From the IMG/VR virus record IMGVR_UViG_3300025913_000027, positions 19,933 to 83,932 of that record: 64,000 nucleotides of DNA. One strand, given 5' to 3'. Under the pieces are notes generated by a model. That model saw nothing but the letters and a program-made list of their open reading frames with translations, did no database searches and was not told the DNA's origin. Source of the stretch: a virus. Below, piece by piece: positions 1 through 11,506 of the stretch (position 1 is the stretch's first letter; every line of letters starts with the position of its first letter). Both the position numbers and the translations under genes were made by a program.

Positions 1-213
1 TCGCCACTCATCGACCTCTTCCTGTGTCATCGGCCGCACGTTTTCGAGCGGGCAGTCCTTGAGCGAGATCGCGGTCAGTGTGGCCGCGTCGCTGAGCTTG
101 ATGTTGTCGAGGTCTTTCTCGGCAACGATAGCAGACCATCCGGCGACGAGGTCGGCATCGTCGCTCGTACACATCCGCTGGAGGCGGAGCAAGAAGAGCT
201 GTTCATCGGCCAT
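1..213 (-). CDS. Hypothetical protein, 3' end outside window
   Basis: ATG at 213 (MADEQLFLLRLQRM...), frame open to the window edge, overlaps end of 203..505. Confidence 0.55.
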   Translation of the reverse strand, partial: MADEQLFLLRLQRMCTSDDADLVAGWSAIVAEKDLDNIKLSDAATLTAISLKDCPLENVRPMTQEEVDEWR

Positions 214-505
214 CGGAAGCCTCCCGTCTGCTTATGAGATCAGCCTGTAGCCAATCAGTCATGGCTTGGATAGCCGCCTTCGCGACGTGTTCGTGGGCCA
301 TCTTCTCGCAAAGCTGGCGCGCGGTCTCTCGGTCGTGGAAGCGAGCTACTTCGTCGCTCTCGCCGAGCTTGGCCAGCTCATAGCGTACAACGTGCGCCGG
401 ATCATCGCCGGGATACTTCGAGTAGTCGTAGAGCCCGTAGGCTCTCTGCGCCTGCGCGCGAACGATTGCGTCAGTGACAGCCTCAATTATCGTTTTCTTC
501 GACAT
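203..505 (-). CDS. Hypothetical phage protein
   Basis: 100-aa ORF in tightly packed leftward operon. Confidence 0.7.
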   Translation of the reverse strand: MSKKTIIEAVTDAIVRAQAQRAYGLYDYSKYPGDDPAHVVRYELAKLGESDEVARFHDRETARQLCEKMAHEHVAKAAIQAMTDWLQADLISRREASDGR

Positions 506-617
506 CCCCGCTCCATGGCGTTGCTGATACGATGTGAATGCACTCGGCGGTTCCGAGCCGTGCCGATCCGCCAGACCGAGCGCAATAGCTTGCGCTGTTT
601 CTTGCTGATCTTATGCA

Positions 618-815
618 TTACATTAAGTCCTCTATGTCGTTGCCACCGAGGTCGGCAAAATACTTGCGTCGATCCGCGACCTCGTTGGGCTGGATCGAAT
701 ACTCAATACAGTGGATCAGGAAATCTTTGTCAACGCCTTTCGCGAGCGCCTTGCACAGAGCGACGCAACGGGCGCGCTCCTGCTCGACATAGCTCATGAT
801 GGTGCTCTCGCTCAT
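618..815 (-). CDS. Hypothetical protein ending DIEDLM
   Basis: 65-aa ORF, 4-bp overlap with upstream gene. Confidence 0.65.
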   Translation of the reverse strand: MSESTIMSYVEQERARCVALCKALAKGVDKDFLIHCIEYSIQPNEVADRRKYFADLGGNDIEDLM

Positions 816-1042
816 TTGATCTTCTTGAACGCCAGATCGCAGGCTTCTTTACCGTGCTTCGCCACGAACGCGCGCATCCTCAAGCGCGCCATCACGCGCG
901 TAGCGTTGACACGCGAAGATACATCCTCAACGAGGTTCTCGAACTCTTCAAACTGCTTTTTGGTAAGCTTCTTGGGCGGCAGGAGGCTGTCCGCACCGAG
1001 GGCCTCAACCTGAGCTTTAAGATCATGTTTCACTTTAGGCAT
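812..1042 (-). CDS. Hypothetical protein
   Basis: ATG at 1042 (MPKVKH...), coupled to neighbours. Confidence 0.65.
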   Translation of the reverse strand: MPKVKHDLKAQVEALGADSLLPPKKLTKKQFEEFENLVEDVSSRVNATRVMARLRMRAFVAKHGKEACDLAFKKIK

Positions 1043-1233
1043 TTGGGACAATCCACATAGGCGTTGCGCTCGGCGTGAGCCTCGAAGCGATCACCGGAGG
1101 CAGTCGCGAACTCATTCGATGGACACTTTTCTTGCCAGCCCACTAGCCCGCATACCGTCACCGCTCGCGCCGGATGATATCCGAAGTCGATTATATGGAG
1201 CAAGTGAACGTCGCTGAGCTTGGGCCTAGACAT
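1030..1233 (-). CDS. Small Cys/His-rich (zinc-ribbon-like) protein
   Basis: TVCG...VDCPKC motif; ATG at 1233 overlaps exonuclease stop. Confidence 0.55.
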   Translation of the reverse strand: MSRPKLSDVHLLHIIDFGYHPARAVTVCGLVGWQEKCPSNEFATASGDRFEAHAERNAYVDCPKCLK

Positions 1234-1879
1234 GCGACCAATGGCTCCAGACCTGATACGCTTGCATGATGCAATCGTAGACTGGATCGTGCGGTACGCC
1301 GGGAATGTCGAGCGCGTCACCGATGGGCACGAGCCGGGTCGCAGGCGTCTCGCGGCAGAACGTCCTCATGTCGCGCGGGGCCTGATAGTGCCAGAGATCG
1401 ACAGCGTTTGTCTCCATGACCGTGCCGCTCGCCGCCCACTGCTTATTAAGGCCGACGAGGTTGGACAAATCGAATTGCGTGCCGTTCGCCCAGACGCGAG
1501 ACTTGCCAGCGCAGAACTTCCGAATGAGGTCGAGCGCTGTTGCCACGTGAATTTGTGGGAAGTCAGGATAGGACCAGTGGACGCGGGCCTTCGGGTCTTG
1601 TTTCAGCCACCAATCTTGCGTGCTCTTGCTGACCTCACGGCCGAGCGCGAGCTGCTGTTCTATGTTCATCACGATCAGCGACTTCGAACCGATGCATAGC
1701 TGATTTACCGGCTCAGGGTCGAACTCGATCATTCCCACGGACAGGATCAGCGCGTTATGCGGCGATAGCGACATGGTTTCGATGTCGATCATCACATGAT
1801 CGTAGCTCGGAATTTCGAACTCTTGCCCGCCCGCGTTCGGGCCTTCGCCTCGGGGCTCGTACTCAGAATGGGATGTCAT
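1226..1879 (-). CDS. DEDDh 3'-5' exonuclease (DUF5051/Rv2179c-like)
   Basis: HVMIDIETM (ExoI), VWANGTQFD (ExoII), RDMRT, HDPVYD (ExoIII). Confidence 0.85.
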   Translation of the reverse strand: MTSHSEYEPRGEGPNAGGQEFEIPSYDHVMIDIETMSLSPHNALILSVGMIEFDPEPVNQLCIGSKSLIVMNIEQQLALGREVSKSTQDWWLKQDPKARVHWSYPDFPQIHVATALDLIRKFCAGKSRVWANGTQFDLSNLVGLNKQWAASGTVMETNAVDLWHYQAPRDMRTFCRETPATRLVPIGDALDIPGVPHDPVYDCIMQAYQVWSHWSHV

Positions 1880-2294
1880 CACTATCGTCCTTCGGCTGCT
1901 GATGGCTGATGGCTCTCCGCCGAGCAATGGCGATGCTATGCCAGTGTCCGACAACCGCGCGTTGCGCGTTAGTCTGGGCTACCGTATAGCCGTGTAAAAA
2001 TGCGTCTGTCAACCATTTTCTGATCATCGATTTGCTGCGCCACTCGACGCCGCACAAATCCCTACGCGTCCACTCGTAGCATACCGCGCATGCGAGGTTC
2101 TTCGGCGGCCGGATATCGTGCTTGACCACGAACCGATAAGGCGCATCAGTGAGTTCGATGCACTTGTCGGCGAGCAGCGTCGCGACCTGTAGGTCGGAGG
2201 CCGTCTCGGGCAACTCCAGAAGTTTTTGTGCCGCGCTCACGGCTCGTAACCGGCGCGGATGCATTTGGCCACTGCACGAAGCGAGTTCGCGCAT
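1863..2294 (-). CDS. Hypothetical protein with SSB-like acidic C-terminus (DDSDDIPF)
   Basis: ORF track; start taken at MRELASC. Confidence 0.6.
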   Translation of the reverse strand: MRELASCSGQMHPRRLRAVSAAQKLLELPETASDLQVATLLADKCIELTDAPYRFVVKHDIRPPKNLACAVCYEWTRRDLCGVEWRSKSMIRKWLTDAFLHGYTVAQTNAQRAVVGHWHSIAIARRRAISHQQPKDDSDDIPF

Positions 2295-4420
2295 GCCTCG
2301 ACATCCTTGGCCGCTCGCTCCCACTTCGGGTAGACGCTCGTGACTTTCTTGAACAGCGGCCAGAGCGCATGAGTGGTGTAGGTGCCGTCGAGCCGAATGC
2401 GCGCAGCGCTCGCCTCGAACCGCGCGGCCAGAGCTTCATTCAGCCGGGCGCACCGGTCGCGCTCATGCTGGACGGCATGGCTGACCATGTTGGAGAGTTC
2501 GTCCTCAGTCAGATTTGCCAAGACTTTGCCCTTTCGTGTTGGTGCAGGTATTGTCTTTCCGCAGACACGAGTTGATCGGCAAGAAATAGAAGTCATTGCC
2601 GAGCCGCTCGTGACACTCGCAGTGATAGAAGCCGCTCTCGACAGACCGTTCACGCTGTTGCGCGTCGGGCATGTGAAGGATGTTAGCGCCGAACTTGACT
2701 TCTCTCATCGTGCTAACCCCCACCAAATAAAAGTCCCCCAAATGAATGGAGATAGGATGATTAAAGCTGCCATGGCGAGGTCGGCTACTTCGTCGGTCAT
2801 GCCCGTGGTTTCCTGCTTCTATTCAGCTCAGCGCACATGCGCCGCGCCTCTGCCCGCGTCGGCAATTGCACAATGCCAACAAGTGAAACTGGATGTTTCT
2901 CGCGTCCAACGCCCCAAGGATAATCCTTGTCGCTAAACTCTGCCGAGATTGCGTGCTTCGTGGTATTCAGGTTGATAACATACCACATGGGCCGCTTCAT
3001 TCCCGTGGCCTCCCCAGCGTGATCGTGTAGAGCCCCGAAGCAGTCGTACCGTTTTGCGCGGAGACACTGACCACCGTCCAGCCCTCGGCGGCTTTGCGGT
3101 TCATCAGGTCTTGAGCCTCTTGCGGATAGCCGTAGATGACAATGACAGCGTACTCCATCACTTGAGCCCTCCGTTGATCCGATCTCGTCGATCTTCGGCG
3201 AGCACGTGCTCGAAGCGGACAAGCCAATCTTCAAGAAAGAGCCGTTGCCGGTCGAGCGCGCTATCAATGGTTGATGCAGCGTCGCGCATTGTACTGGCGG
3301 CCGACCGCATGTTGTGGCCAGCCGTGCTGACATCCTCGGCACCGTGCAAGTGGACGCTATCCATTTTTGTGCCCTCTCCATACATCGAAGAGCGCGACCA
3401 TGAGCCCGACCACGAGCATGAGCCCGAACGCCACGAGCACGCTTATACTTATGATGACCAGAAGCAATGGAAACGATATCGGAAGCGTCAGCAGATACGT
3501 GCGCCGAGCCCAGCGCGGCCATGTGGACGGCCGGGAGAGCGTATCGCACCAATCAAACAGCTTAGTCATCTATGTGCTCCATCCACCACGCGGCGAGCAA
3601 CCGCGCCTGTTCCTCGGTATTGCAGACGATCTCGTCGTGGAGCACCATGCAGCCGATGCCGAGCGCGTACTGACGGAGCGAGTGATACAGCCGCTCGGCT
3701 CTCCACGCCTGTTGCTTCAACGCTGAGATGTTGACGCGCATCACACGTACCGCTTGCGTTGGGCGTGACGCTGGAGCGTCGTGACTGGCACTACCTTCGA
3801 GCCTTCGAGCTTCGCGATGAACGGGGTATAATTTGCCCCCTCCACCGCAGGCCGCTTGAACTCGTGCTTCGGACAATACTGTCCGGCGCGGTCGCGCTCG
3901 ACCACTTGGAAAGCGTCTTCGTCCGACACGCGGACCGGCCCGGGCTGACCGACAACTCGAATGCACTTCGCCATCTCAATCTCCCAATAGTCCGGCGTCG
4001 CGCGCCAGACGGTAGCCGCGAACTAACTCTGTGATGTTCTCGACCGAGCAGTGTTGTATCAGCCGCGCAGCATCGGCGCGCACATGATCACCGTTGTTTT
4101 CAAATAGCAAGTCCCACTTGCCGTTCGTGTCACAGATCACGCCGTTGCTATGGTCGCACCCGAACTCGCGCAGCATCGGGCCGTCGATAGGATGCCGCCG
4201 CAACCGAGACAGATCGCTTTCGATCCGGTGAAGCTTCGCATTCGCAATCGTTTTACGCTTGGTCGTATCGATGGACATCATATACACCGCTCGCTTTGCG
4301 TGATCGCGCACCACAAGTGCGCGCTGATCAACGGATCAAGTCCCACCGCTATAGCGATGGCAAGAATAGCTGTCAACATCCCCAGCACGAATTTCATCCC
4401 TCATTCTCCGAGACAGGGTT
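2237..4420 (-). other. Cluster of ~9 small leftward hypothetical ORFs (e.g. 2237..2488, 2505..2741, 2997..3227, 3158..3385, 3357..3569, 3741..3974, 3976..4314)
   Basis: Overlapping start/stop chain on minus strand; 3357..3569 has a hydrophobic TM segment; exact starts uncertain. Confidence 0.55.
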
Positions 4421-4762
4421 AATGTCCAAACCTGAAAATCTGTTGCCGGGCGTTGCGGGCTCTGCCTCGCGGATGGTGGTCACCAGCTCGCGAATGTTGA
4501 CCGGCGCTCGACCTGACGACGCTGGCGCACCGTACTCCGGAGGCATGTAGCGCTCACGCTTCGCCTCCAGCTCATCCACACGACGATCCCAGTCTCGGCG
4601 GCGGTCGGGTATAAGCTGCTGATCGACGAACGCTCGCAGCCGTGCTACCTCGCCGTCAGTCAGGTTGATGATGCCGACCGCCATCTCGCATTCCGTCCCC
4701 ATGTTGTCCGCCGTGCGAGCGCGCTGGGCGACGAACTTGAGCGCTGGGAGTTTTGAAGCCAT
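4394..4762 (-). CDS. Hypothetical protein with C-terminal RFSGLDI motif
   Basis: ATG at 4762 (MASKLPALKF) just after upstream stop. Confidence 0.6.
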   Translation of the reverse strand: MASKLPALKFVAQRARTADNMGTECEMAVGIINLTDGEVARLRAFVDQQLIPDRRRDWDRRVDELEAKRERYMPPEYGAPASSGRAPVNIRELVTTIREAEPATPGNRFSGLDINPVSENEG

Positions 4763-4767
4763 TGATC

Positions 4768-5190
4768 TCAATCCCACGGGTTGGGCTCGGCGGGGGCCGG
4801 ACCGATGTGCCACTGTCGCGTCTCATGGAAAGGACCCATACGCGCGATCTCATCCTCGGTCAAGCGGAGCCGCCGCATGATCTCGGCCGGGCTCTCGCCG
4901 GTTAGCTCGGTCAGCTTCAAAAGACTGCCGCGCGCCTTGGCCTCCCGCCAGTCCATAGCGTTCATGCTCATGGGGTTTGGATTAGCCCGCGCCGGGTCGA
5001 GCAGAGTTTTGATCAATCGCTCGTGCTTCCTGATCAAGCTCTCCCGTGTGAACTCGCGCCGGGGAGCGCGTTCGGGTTTATCGTACCCATATCGCCGGGC
5101 CATCCGCTGCACAGCACTGAGCCGTGCAGGGGGGTGTGCAGCGGGCACCAAAATGCGCTTTTTCGGCCTTTTTAGCATTTTCGACCTCAT
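4768..5190 (-). CDS. Basic hypothetical protein, possibly DNA-binding; first gene of leftward operon
   Basis: K/R-rich; LTELTGESPAEIMRRLRL helix-turn-helix-like segment; sigma70-like promoter upstream. Confidence 0.6.
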   Translation of the reverse strand: MRSKMLKRPKKRILVPAAHPPARLSAVQRMARRYGYDKPERAPRREFTRESLIRKHERLIKTLLDPARANPNPMSMNAMDWREAKARGSLLKLTELTGESPAEIMRRLRLTEDEIARMGPFHETRQWHIGPAPAEPNPWD

Positions 5191-5254
5191 TTTTCAATTT
5201 CGCCGACCCGCATAAACATTGGCTTTCTTGCACGTCGGACTGCCGTTTTTAGGG

Positions 5255-5283
5255 GGTCTACCACCGCTCGGGGCCGAAGTCAA
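5255..5283 (-). promoter_or_regulatory. Sigma70-type promoter for leftward operon
   Basis: TTGACT-17 nt-TAGACC on minus strand. Confidence 0.55.
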
Positions 5284-5299
5284 GCATTGCTAAGTCATT

Positions 5300-5850
5300 G
5301 ACGTTGTTCGGATTGAGGTTTATCTGCACCGTGCAGACACAACTAAACACGGGTAAGCCTCGTGCGGGCTTTCTACAATCAAATCAATCAACTACGCAAC
5401 TCCCATACACTTACAGCTCTTTTTCTGGGTTGATGGGGGATAATTACAGTGAGTAGCAGGTGGGAAAACAGGCTTTACCTGTGTTGCATCGTTTTTCGCA
5501 GGCATTGGCTGGCCCTGCCACGCACCCTACAGGGGCAGTGATTTAGAGTTATGATTAACGCCTTGAAGTGGCGCGTTAACCTTAACTATTAACCTTAATC
5601 CCGCACGAGCACCCATTAACCTTAATTCTTAACCACTTCGCACGCTATAAAGGCCCCTAAATGGCTGTTTTTATTAACCTTTATTGTTTACGTTAACGCC
5701 TGAGCCATGCAGTTTAGACATATCGCCCCCTTCCCTCACACGCTAACATATTGATATCACTACACTATCTCAAAAATGTTCCATAAATGATCTTATGCGC
5801 GCTTCAACTATTTTTGTTAACCCTAATAATTAAGGTTAATGCCAGCTCGT
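5300..5850. promoter_or_regulatory. AT-rich non-coding region with repeated TTAAC(C) boxes (regulatory hub or origin candidate)
   Basis: No credible ORF, low GC, TTAACCTTAA-N3-TTAA-like units at 5576, 5616, 5817. Confidence 0.6.
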
Positions 5851-6021
5851 CACTTGACCCCTCCCAAAGAGGGTGCTACCCTGTGCCCCGGCGAGTTACG
5901 GGGTAGGACCCCAAAATCGCGACGACCGGCCAGATGCTATGTGCCCTAGCTCATTCACACTTTCTCGCTTTTCCATCAAAATTCAGAAAAATAAAAATAC
6001 GAATTTGGGAAAAATCCTCCC

Positions 6022-6051
6022 TTGACAGGAATTTAGAGTTTGTGCTAGGCA
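6022..6051 (+). promoter_or_regulatory. Sigma70-type promoter for rightward small-gene operon
   Basis: TTGACA-18 nt-TAGGCA, upstream of GGAGG and ATG 6089. Confidence 0.55.
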
Positions 6052-6088
6052 GGCGGTCCATTTCACAGACTGCCGGAGGCCCGAGCCC

Positions 6089-9000
6089 ATGCCATCTATC
6101 CCCCGCCTTCGTCGGCAGATTGAGCAGTACGATCAGCTCGCTCAGCGCGACGGACCCGACAGCATCTATCATGCGCTACGCGACGCGGCGCGCGACAAGC
6201 TCGTGCAGGCGATCAACGATGCACGCGGCCGAGCGCCATCCATCGTCGATCACACGACGCACGTTATCGTCGGCGATCACGCTCCCGAACCAAGGGTGTT
6301 CTGATGGCCTCGCGCTTCGACAACAGTCAGGCCTACGCAATCGAAGGTGATCTTCTGCGAAAGCTCGAACGCGTCGCGGTGCGCCTTGGTGCAGAGAAGC
6401 CCATCACGTGGCAGGAAGGCCGCCGCCTGAGCGGCATCGTTATCCGCGTCTTGGATACCGCAACACAGATGGAGCGATACGATGCCGAAGATCAGTGACC
6501 CGCTGCCCGAGGGCTATCCGAAACTGTTCGTGCATCAATCGGAGTGGACCGCCTTCGAGGCGGCCGGATACGACATGCGCTTCTTCGAGCTGATCAAGCC
6601 GATCACCATCGATCATCAGATGCCGTCGAGCGCCGAGATGCGCGCGGAGACACGACGGCGGATCGATACAGGCGAGCCGCTCGGCGCGTTCCACAATGCC
6701 GCGCCATTGCCGCCGGGCACGGTCGTCGCCGGTAGCCTCATGAAGCCAGACGGGTACGCGAACAACAAGTGGCCGCCTCAGCGGAAGCATATCAACTCCA
6801 AGCAGTGTGGGGGCAAAGAGGCAGCATGCCTCGCTGGCAAGAGCGGCCATTGCGTTGCCTGCGCGGATGACGATTGAAGGAGAGCATCATGAGCGGCAGA
6901 CCCGTTAACGAAGATCGACAAGCCGCAATCGCGTTCGGCCTGCGGACATATACCGGCACCGTGCATTCGAAGTGCGGCACCAATCAGCGCTATGTCTCCG
7001 GAGGCGCGTGCGTTCACTGCGCCCGGGTCATCGCGACCGAGCAGCGCGAAGCGAGAAAATTCCTGAAAGCACAGGCGAAGCTCGATATTGAATTGCAAGC
7101 CTCGCTTGACATCGAAGATCAAATGGTTTTAGAACAGGACGACGCCGAGGCCCGCGCGAGGCAGGCCATTGAAGATTTGATGTAGATGACCGGCATGGGC
7201 CGGTCGAGCCATGGAGCGAACATCATGACGGATAAATCCCCGAACTACATTGCGACCCGCGCCGATCAGGAGTTTCTTGAGACCGCTCGACCGCGCTCGC
7301 CGAAGTTTCCCAGCATCGGCGAGGCGCTGGAGCGCCGTCGTCAGCTCCGCGAGACCATCGCGGCGCGTGCGATGCTGATCTTCGCAGGCCTTGGGCTGCT
7401 CTACGCTCTCTTCTGGAGTAGTTTCGGTTGGGTCATCTTCGGCTTCAATCTTGTCGGCTTCATCATCACGTGCTTCATCACTGGCAACCGTCAGTGGCGG
7501 AATGCGGGATCGCCGGGAGGCATCAATGGCCGACGACCGTTCTAGTGTTGACAAGGCTATCGATAACGATAATCACATCTGGGCGCAAGAGCGCCATCGT
7601 CGCCGCGTGATGTTGATGCGCGAACTCGGAAAGACCAACCGCATGGAAGCTCGGATGCGCGTGTTGTGGATCGTAGCTGCCGTGCTCGGTATAATCGCTT
7701 TCGTAATGATGGGGCTGTCGTGACGACCACCTGTGATGTATGCCAAGGCAGCAAACGTATCCGAGTGCCGTCATATCGCGCGCTCAGCGACGACGGGGAT
7801 GTGGGCGTGGGCTTCAAGGAGTTCGACTGTCCGCAGTGCGTGCCGACCGTACCGTATAGGCGCGTGCGAGCGGTGAAGATCGCGACCTCATACGAAGCCG
7901 AGACATTCGGAAAATTCCAGATGCCTATCGAGCGCGCCCTCGCGGCGCGGTTCGGCGAGTACCTGTTGCGCGAGGGGCTGATCCGGTTCTCGACGACAGG
8001 GTCGCGGGATATGGGACAGATGGATAGCAGGATCGGTATCGTCGCGCATCTCGGCGTCGTGTCGCGTGAAGACGTGACGCTCGCGGGCGCTGATGCCGAG
8101 GTCGCGCTTATCAGTCCTCCGCCTGTCCCGCGCAAACTGACAGACAGAGAGCGGGCGCGGCTGCGCGTTCCCGGGAACGCCGTTAGGTGGGAGCCGAAGC
8201 CTGCGCCGTGGGCAAAGGACGAGCCCACCACGGATGAGTTTGACGAACCGAAGGACGCCATCGCGGGTCGCTTCTCTGGATTGGAAATCTTATGACCTAT
8301 CCGTATGAAAAAGCCGCGCTCCGCATCGTGAGTTGGCTGCACGTCGCCGAGGACGACCTCGTCGGCGAGGTCGTGCAAACGTTCAACGGCGAGGTAGGGA
8401 TGTGCAAGGAAGTGAAGCTTGACGATCACCACGGTCTGTGCTTTACGCTTGACGATCCGCCCCGGCCGGGGCGAGACGGCGCTCGACGCTGGTATCCAGT
8501 CTCAACGATCAGGATGAAGTCATGAGCAGCGCCATCAGCAAATTCAGTTCGCCGGTCAAGGCGCTCGACCTCGACGACGATGACTTCCTCGACCGATGCG
8601 TCGCCGCGTACCGCGCGGAGTATGATCGATGGTGCTGGCGTCGAGCCCGGCCCCGCGTGGTCAAGGCTGAAATTCCGAAGAAGACACGCTACGAGCTTGT
8701 CCGCAACACGTCGCCGAACACTCAAGAGATTTTTAACCTCTCAAAATCCGAGTGCAAAGATCACCATGATGCCGAGGCGTGGCTCAACACCATGCGCGGC
8801 AGAGCGGCGATGCGCGCAGCACTGGAGGCAATATGATAATTCAGCGACCCCGGCCCAAGCAGGGCAGTCGCTTCGCGTGGCTCCCGGTCTGGACCCCCGA
8901 TGGTAAGGTTTGGCTTGAGTGGGTCCACTTCTCGTGGAATGATACCGAGTTCGGTAGCTACAGCTATGCGCGCTGGGTCCCCGAGGATCGGTACGAAAAC

Positions 9001-11125
9001 GGCGAGCGCCGCAGCTTCGAGGCGCGGAGCTAGGGAATGCGGCAGATCGTCCATATGGTTAAAGCTGCGTTTGCAATCCCCGGGCCGGACGTTCGCACGC
9101 TATGCGGCGAAGTCGCCAACCCCTTTGAAAAAATCGCTGGCCCTGACCGATACAAGCTGCTATGCGTATCAGGGTCCGTACTCGACGCTACGACAAAATC
9201 AAAGCTCGTCTCGTGCAAGAAATGTCTCAACCTCCTGACCATAGGAACGATCCATGTGCCCCGACCGAGTAGGTCCTCCAGCTCCCAGAAACGAGCCGTG
9301 GTGCCCGCCGCCGGAACAAGCCGCCGACGTGGCGGCCCAACCCCAGCGCGATCCCCTGCCCGACACGCCTGAGCAAGGCGCGGTCCGCACGCGGGAGTGT
9401 CAAGAGTGGATCGCCCGGTGCTTCGGAGGCGATCAACTCAGCGCCCGGGAGCGGCTAGTCGCCGAGCTTGCTTTTTGCGCCGGATGGTCAGCGCGGAAGC
9501 ATGCTCAGTATCGTGCGATCTTAAACCATCTTGGTGGATAATGAGCATGCTGGTGCTCCTAGTCTTCCTCGTGCTCGCGGCTATCATCGGCACGCTGGCC
9601 GGAAACGAACGGAGAGAAAAATGAATGCGACTGAAACCTACTACCGCACGGTCGCGCTGTTCGCGTTCGTGCTGCTCGACCTCGGCGTCTGGAGCCTGAT
9701 CCGATGACGCCGCTGATGCTCAGTCTGATTGCATGGCGCGCGGCGCATACAGCGGCGTATCCAGTCAGCTCGGCATCAGTAGTTGGTGCGCTTGTCAAAC
9801 TGAGCAACCGAGGGCTCATGCTCGTGGACCCAGAAACGTGGGAGTATGTTCTGACCCCGCGCGGTAAGCATCTCGCAGACCGCGTCTTGCAGCGTTGGGA
9901 TTTTCTCTGATGGACCTCAATAGCGCGATGCATGCAGCTCAGTACGGAGGCAAGGTCCGAGATGATGCGACTATGGCCCCGGACTGGACAGTGCGCTTCG
10001 TTTCAAGCGAGAGGCTGTTCTACTATTTCGATCCGGAAGGCAAGAGGGCTCACAAGATAAAATTCAGCGACGCTCAGCGCGCTTCATTCCAGTGGAGAAT
10101 TGTGCCGTGAGCCAATTTCGAGGATCATCCGCGTGGAAGGCCGAGGCGTTCAAGGCCGAGCGCGACATCAACCGGCAGTGGGAGGAATGGTCTCGCGCCA
10201 ACGCCGTGGGTCCGCCCGGTGTTATCTACAGGCCGTATGTCAAGCGTAACGACGGCTGGATATTCTTCGGCCCCACGGACATCCGTGGTCGGCACCGCCG
10301 CTTCCACTTCGCCCTGCAATGGTTGAATTGCGACAGGCAGCTCCGGGTCCGCGTCGGCTGTCGTTACTACACGTTGCCGCAAGCGTGGAAGCACTGGAGC
10401 GAGAAGCGAAGGCGCTCATACGCGGCGTCGAATAAGAACGAAGCCGAGCAGGCGCTTGCGATCATCTCGCTGATGCTCCTACAGGCGAAGGCCTACGGGC
10501 TATTGCCGATGTATCGGACTATTCGGTTCGACAGTTCAATTTGCAAGCCGAAAAGGAAAAAGTGATGTCCCCCTTCGCTGTCTTCGCGTGGTGCATATTC
10601 GCCGTCGCCATCGCTGCTGCACTCCCGTTTGCCTTCTCACGTCGGAAGATCGAAATCGGCCGTAACGCGGCTGGCGAAGTCGTGCCGATCTCGACAAGCC
10701 CTCCAATGCGCTTCGAGAATATCAAGCGCGAGCCGCTGGCGAGGCGCAAACACTTCGGCACTCGCACGTGAGATGCCTCAATACGAGCGACCGAGAAAAA
10801 CTGCTTGACCTCATCGTCGAGGCCGAGCTAGTAGAGATCGTCTACGCTCGCGTCGAGCACGGATCAATCTACTGCACCATTCAACGGAGAAAGAACGACA
10901 ATGGCAACATCAGCCGAACAACTGATCCTTCGGGGTCTCAACCTGATCATCCGAGCGAGCTTTTCGCCGAATGATCCTGTCGCTCAGGCGAAGCACTTCG
11001 CCGGGATCACTGCCGACATCGGCCCATGGTTGAACGACTACGCGGCAGAGATCGAAAAGCCCGCTGTCGATTTCACGCTTACGCGGGCTGACGAGCCGGA
11101 TCAGGGCGGCGGGTTTCAGCAGTAA
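6089..11125 (+). other. Rightward operon of ~18 small hypothetical ORFs (6089..6304, 6304..6498, 6482..6877, 6889..7185, 8292..8525, 8522..8836, 9704..9910, 10107..10565, 10901..11125 etc.)
   Basis: Chain of ATGA/GTGA/TGATG overlaps; several with single TM helices. Confidence 0.65.
7720..8295 (+). CDS. Zinc-finger protein (CxxCxG...CxxC) ending GRFSGLEIL
   Basis: GTG at 7720 overlapping previous stop; CDVCQGSK and CPQC. Confidence 0.65.
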   Translation: MTTTCDVCQGSKRIRVPSYRALSDDGDVGVGFKEFDCPQCVPTVPYRRVRAVKIATSYEAETFGKFQMPIERALAARFGEYLLREGLIRFSTTGSRDMGQMDSRIGIVAHLGVVSREDVTLAGADAEVALISPPPVPRKLTDRERARLRVPGNAVRWEPKPAPWAKDEPTTDEFDEPKDAIAGRFSGLEIL

Positions 11126-11137
11126 AGGGGACAACCA

Positions 11138-11506
11138 ATGGCCAAGACACGACGCACCAAAACTAATCGCTCCCCCGGGAGACCGTATCGCAACTCGCGA
11201 GCTTATGTCATCGAAAAGGGCGACATGATCACGACGAAGGGCGTGCGCGGGCGCACCAAGGTCATCCGTGTCGTCAACGATGAAGGCAAGCGAGTGACCT
11301 CGGTCCGTAGCGTAGCCGTCGTTCCGCAGATCGCGGCGAAGGGGAAGGCCAAGACGATCTTCGTCGGCCGGAAGTACACGGGCGTCGCGCGGAGCAAGGT
11401 CTATCCGACCCACGGTAAGAAGCGAGGCGGCGTCGAGGTGAAACCGGCCGGGCTTTTGGCGCGAGCCGCTAAGGCGGTCAAGAGCGTCATCGTCCATGAG
11501 GCTTGA
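11138..11506 (+). CDS. Very basic small protein (possible nucleic-acid binding)
   Basis: GGGGA SD; K/R-rich 122 aa. Confidence 0.65.
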   Translation: MAKTRRTKTNRSPGRPYRNSRAYVIEKGDMITTKGVRGRTKVIRVVNDEGKRVTSVRSVAVVPQIAAKGKAKTIFVGRKYTGVARSKVYPTHGKKRGGVEVKPAGLLARAAKAVKSVIVHEA

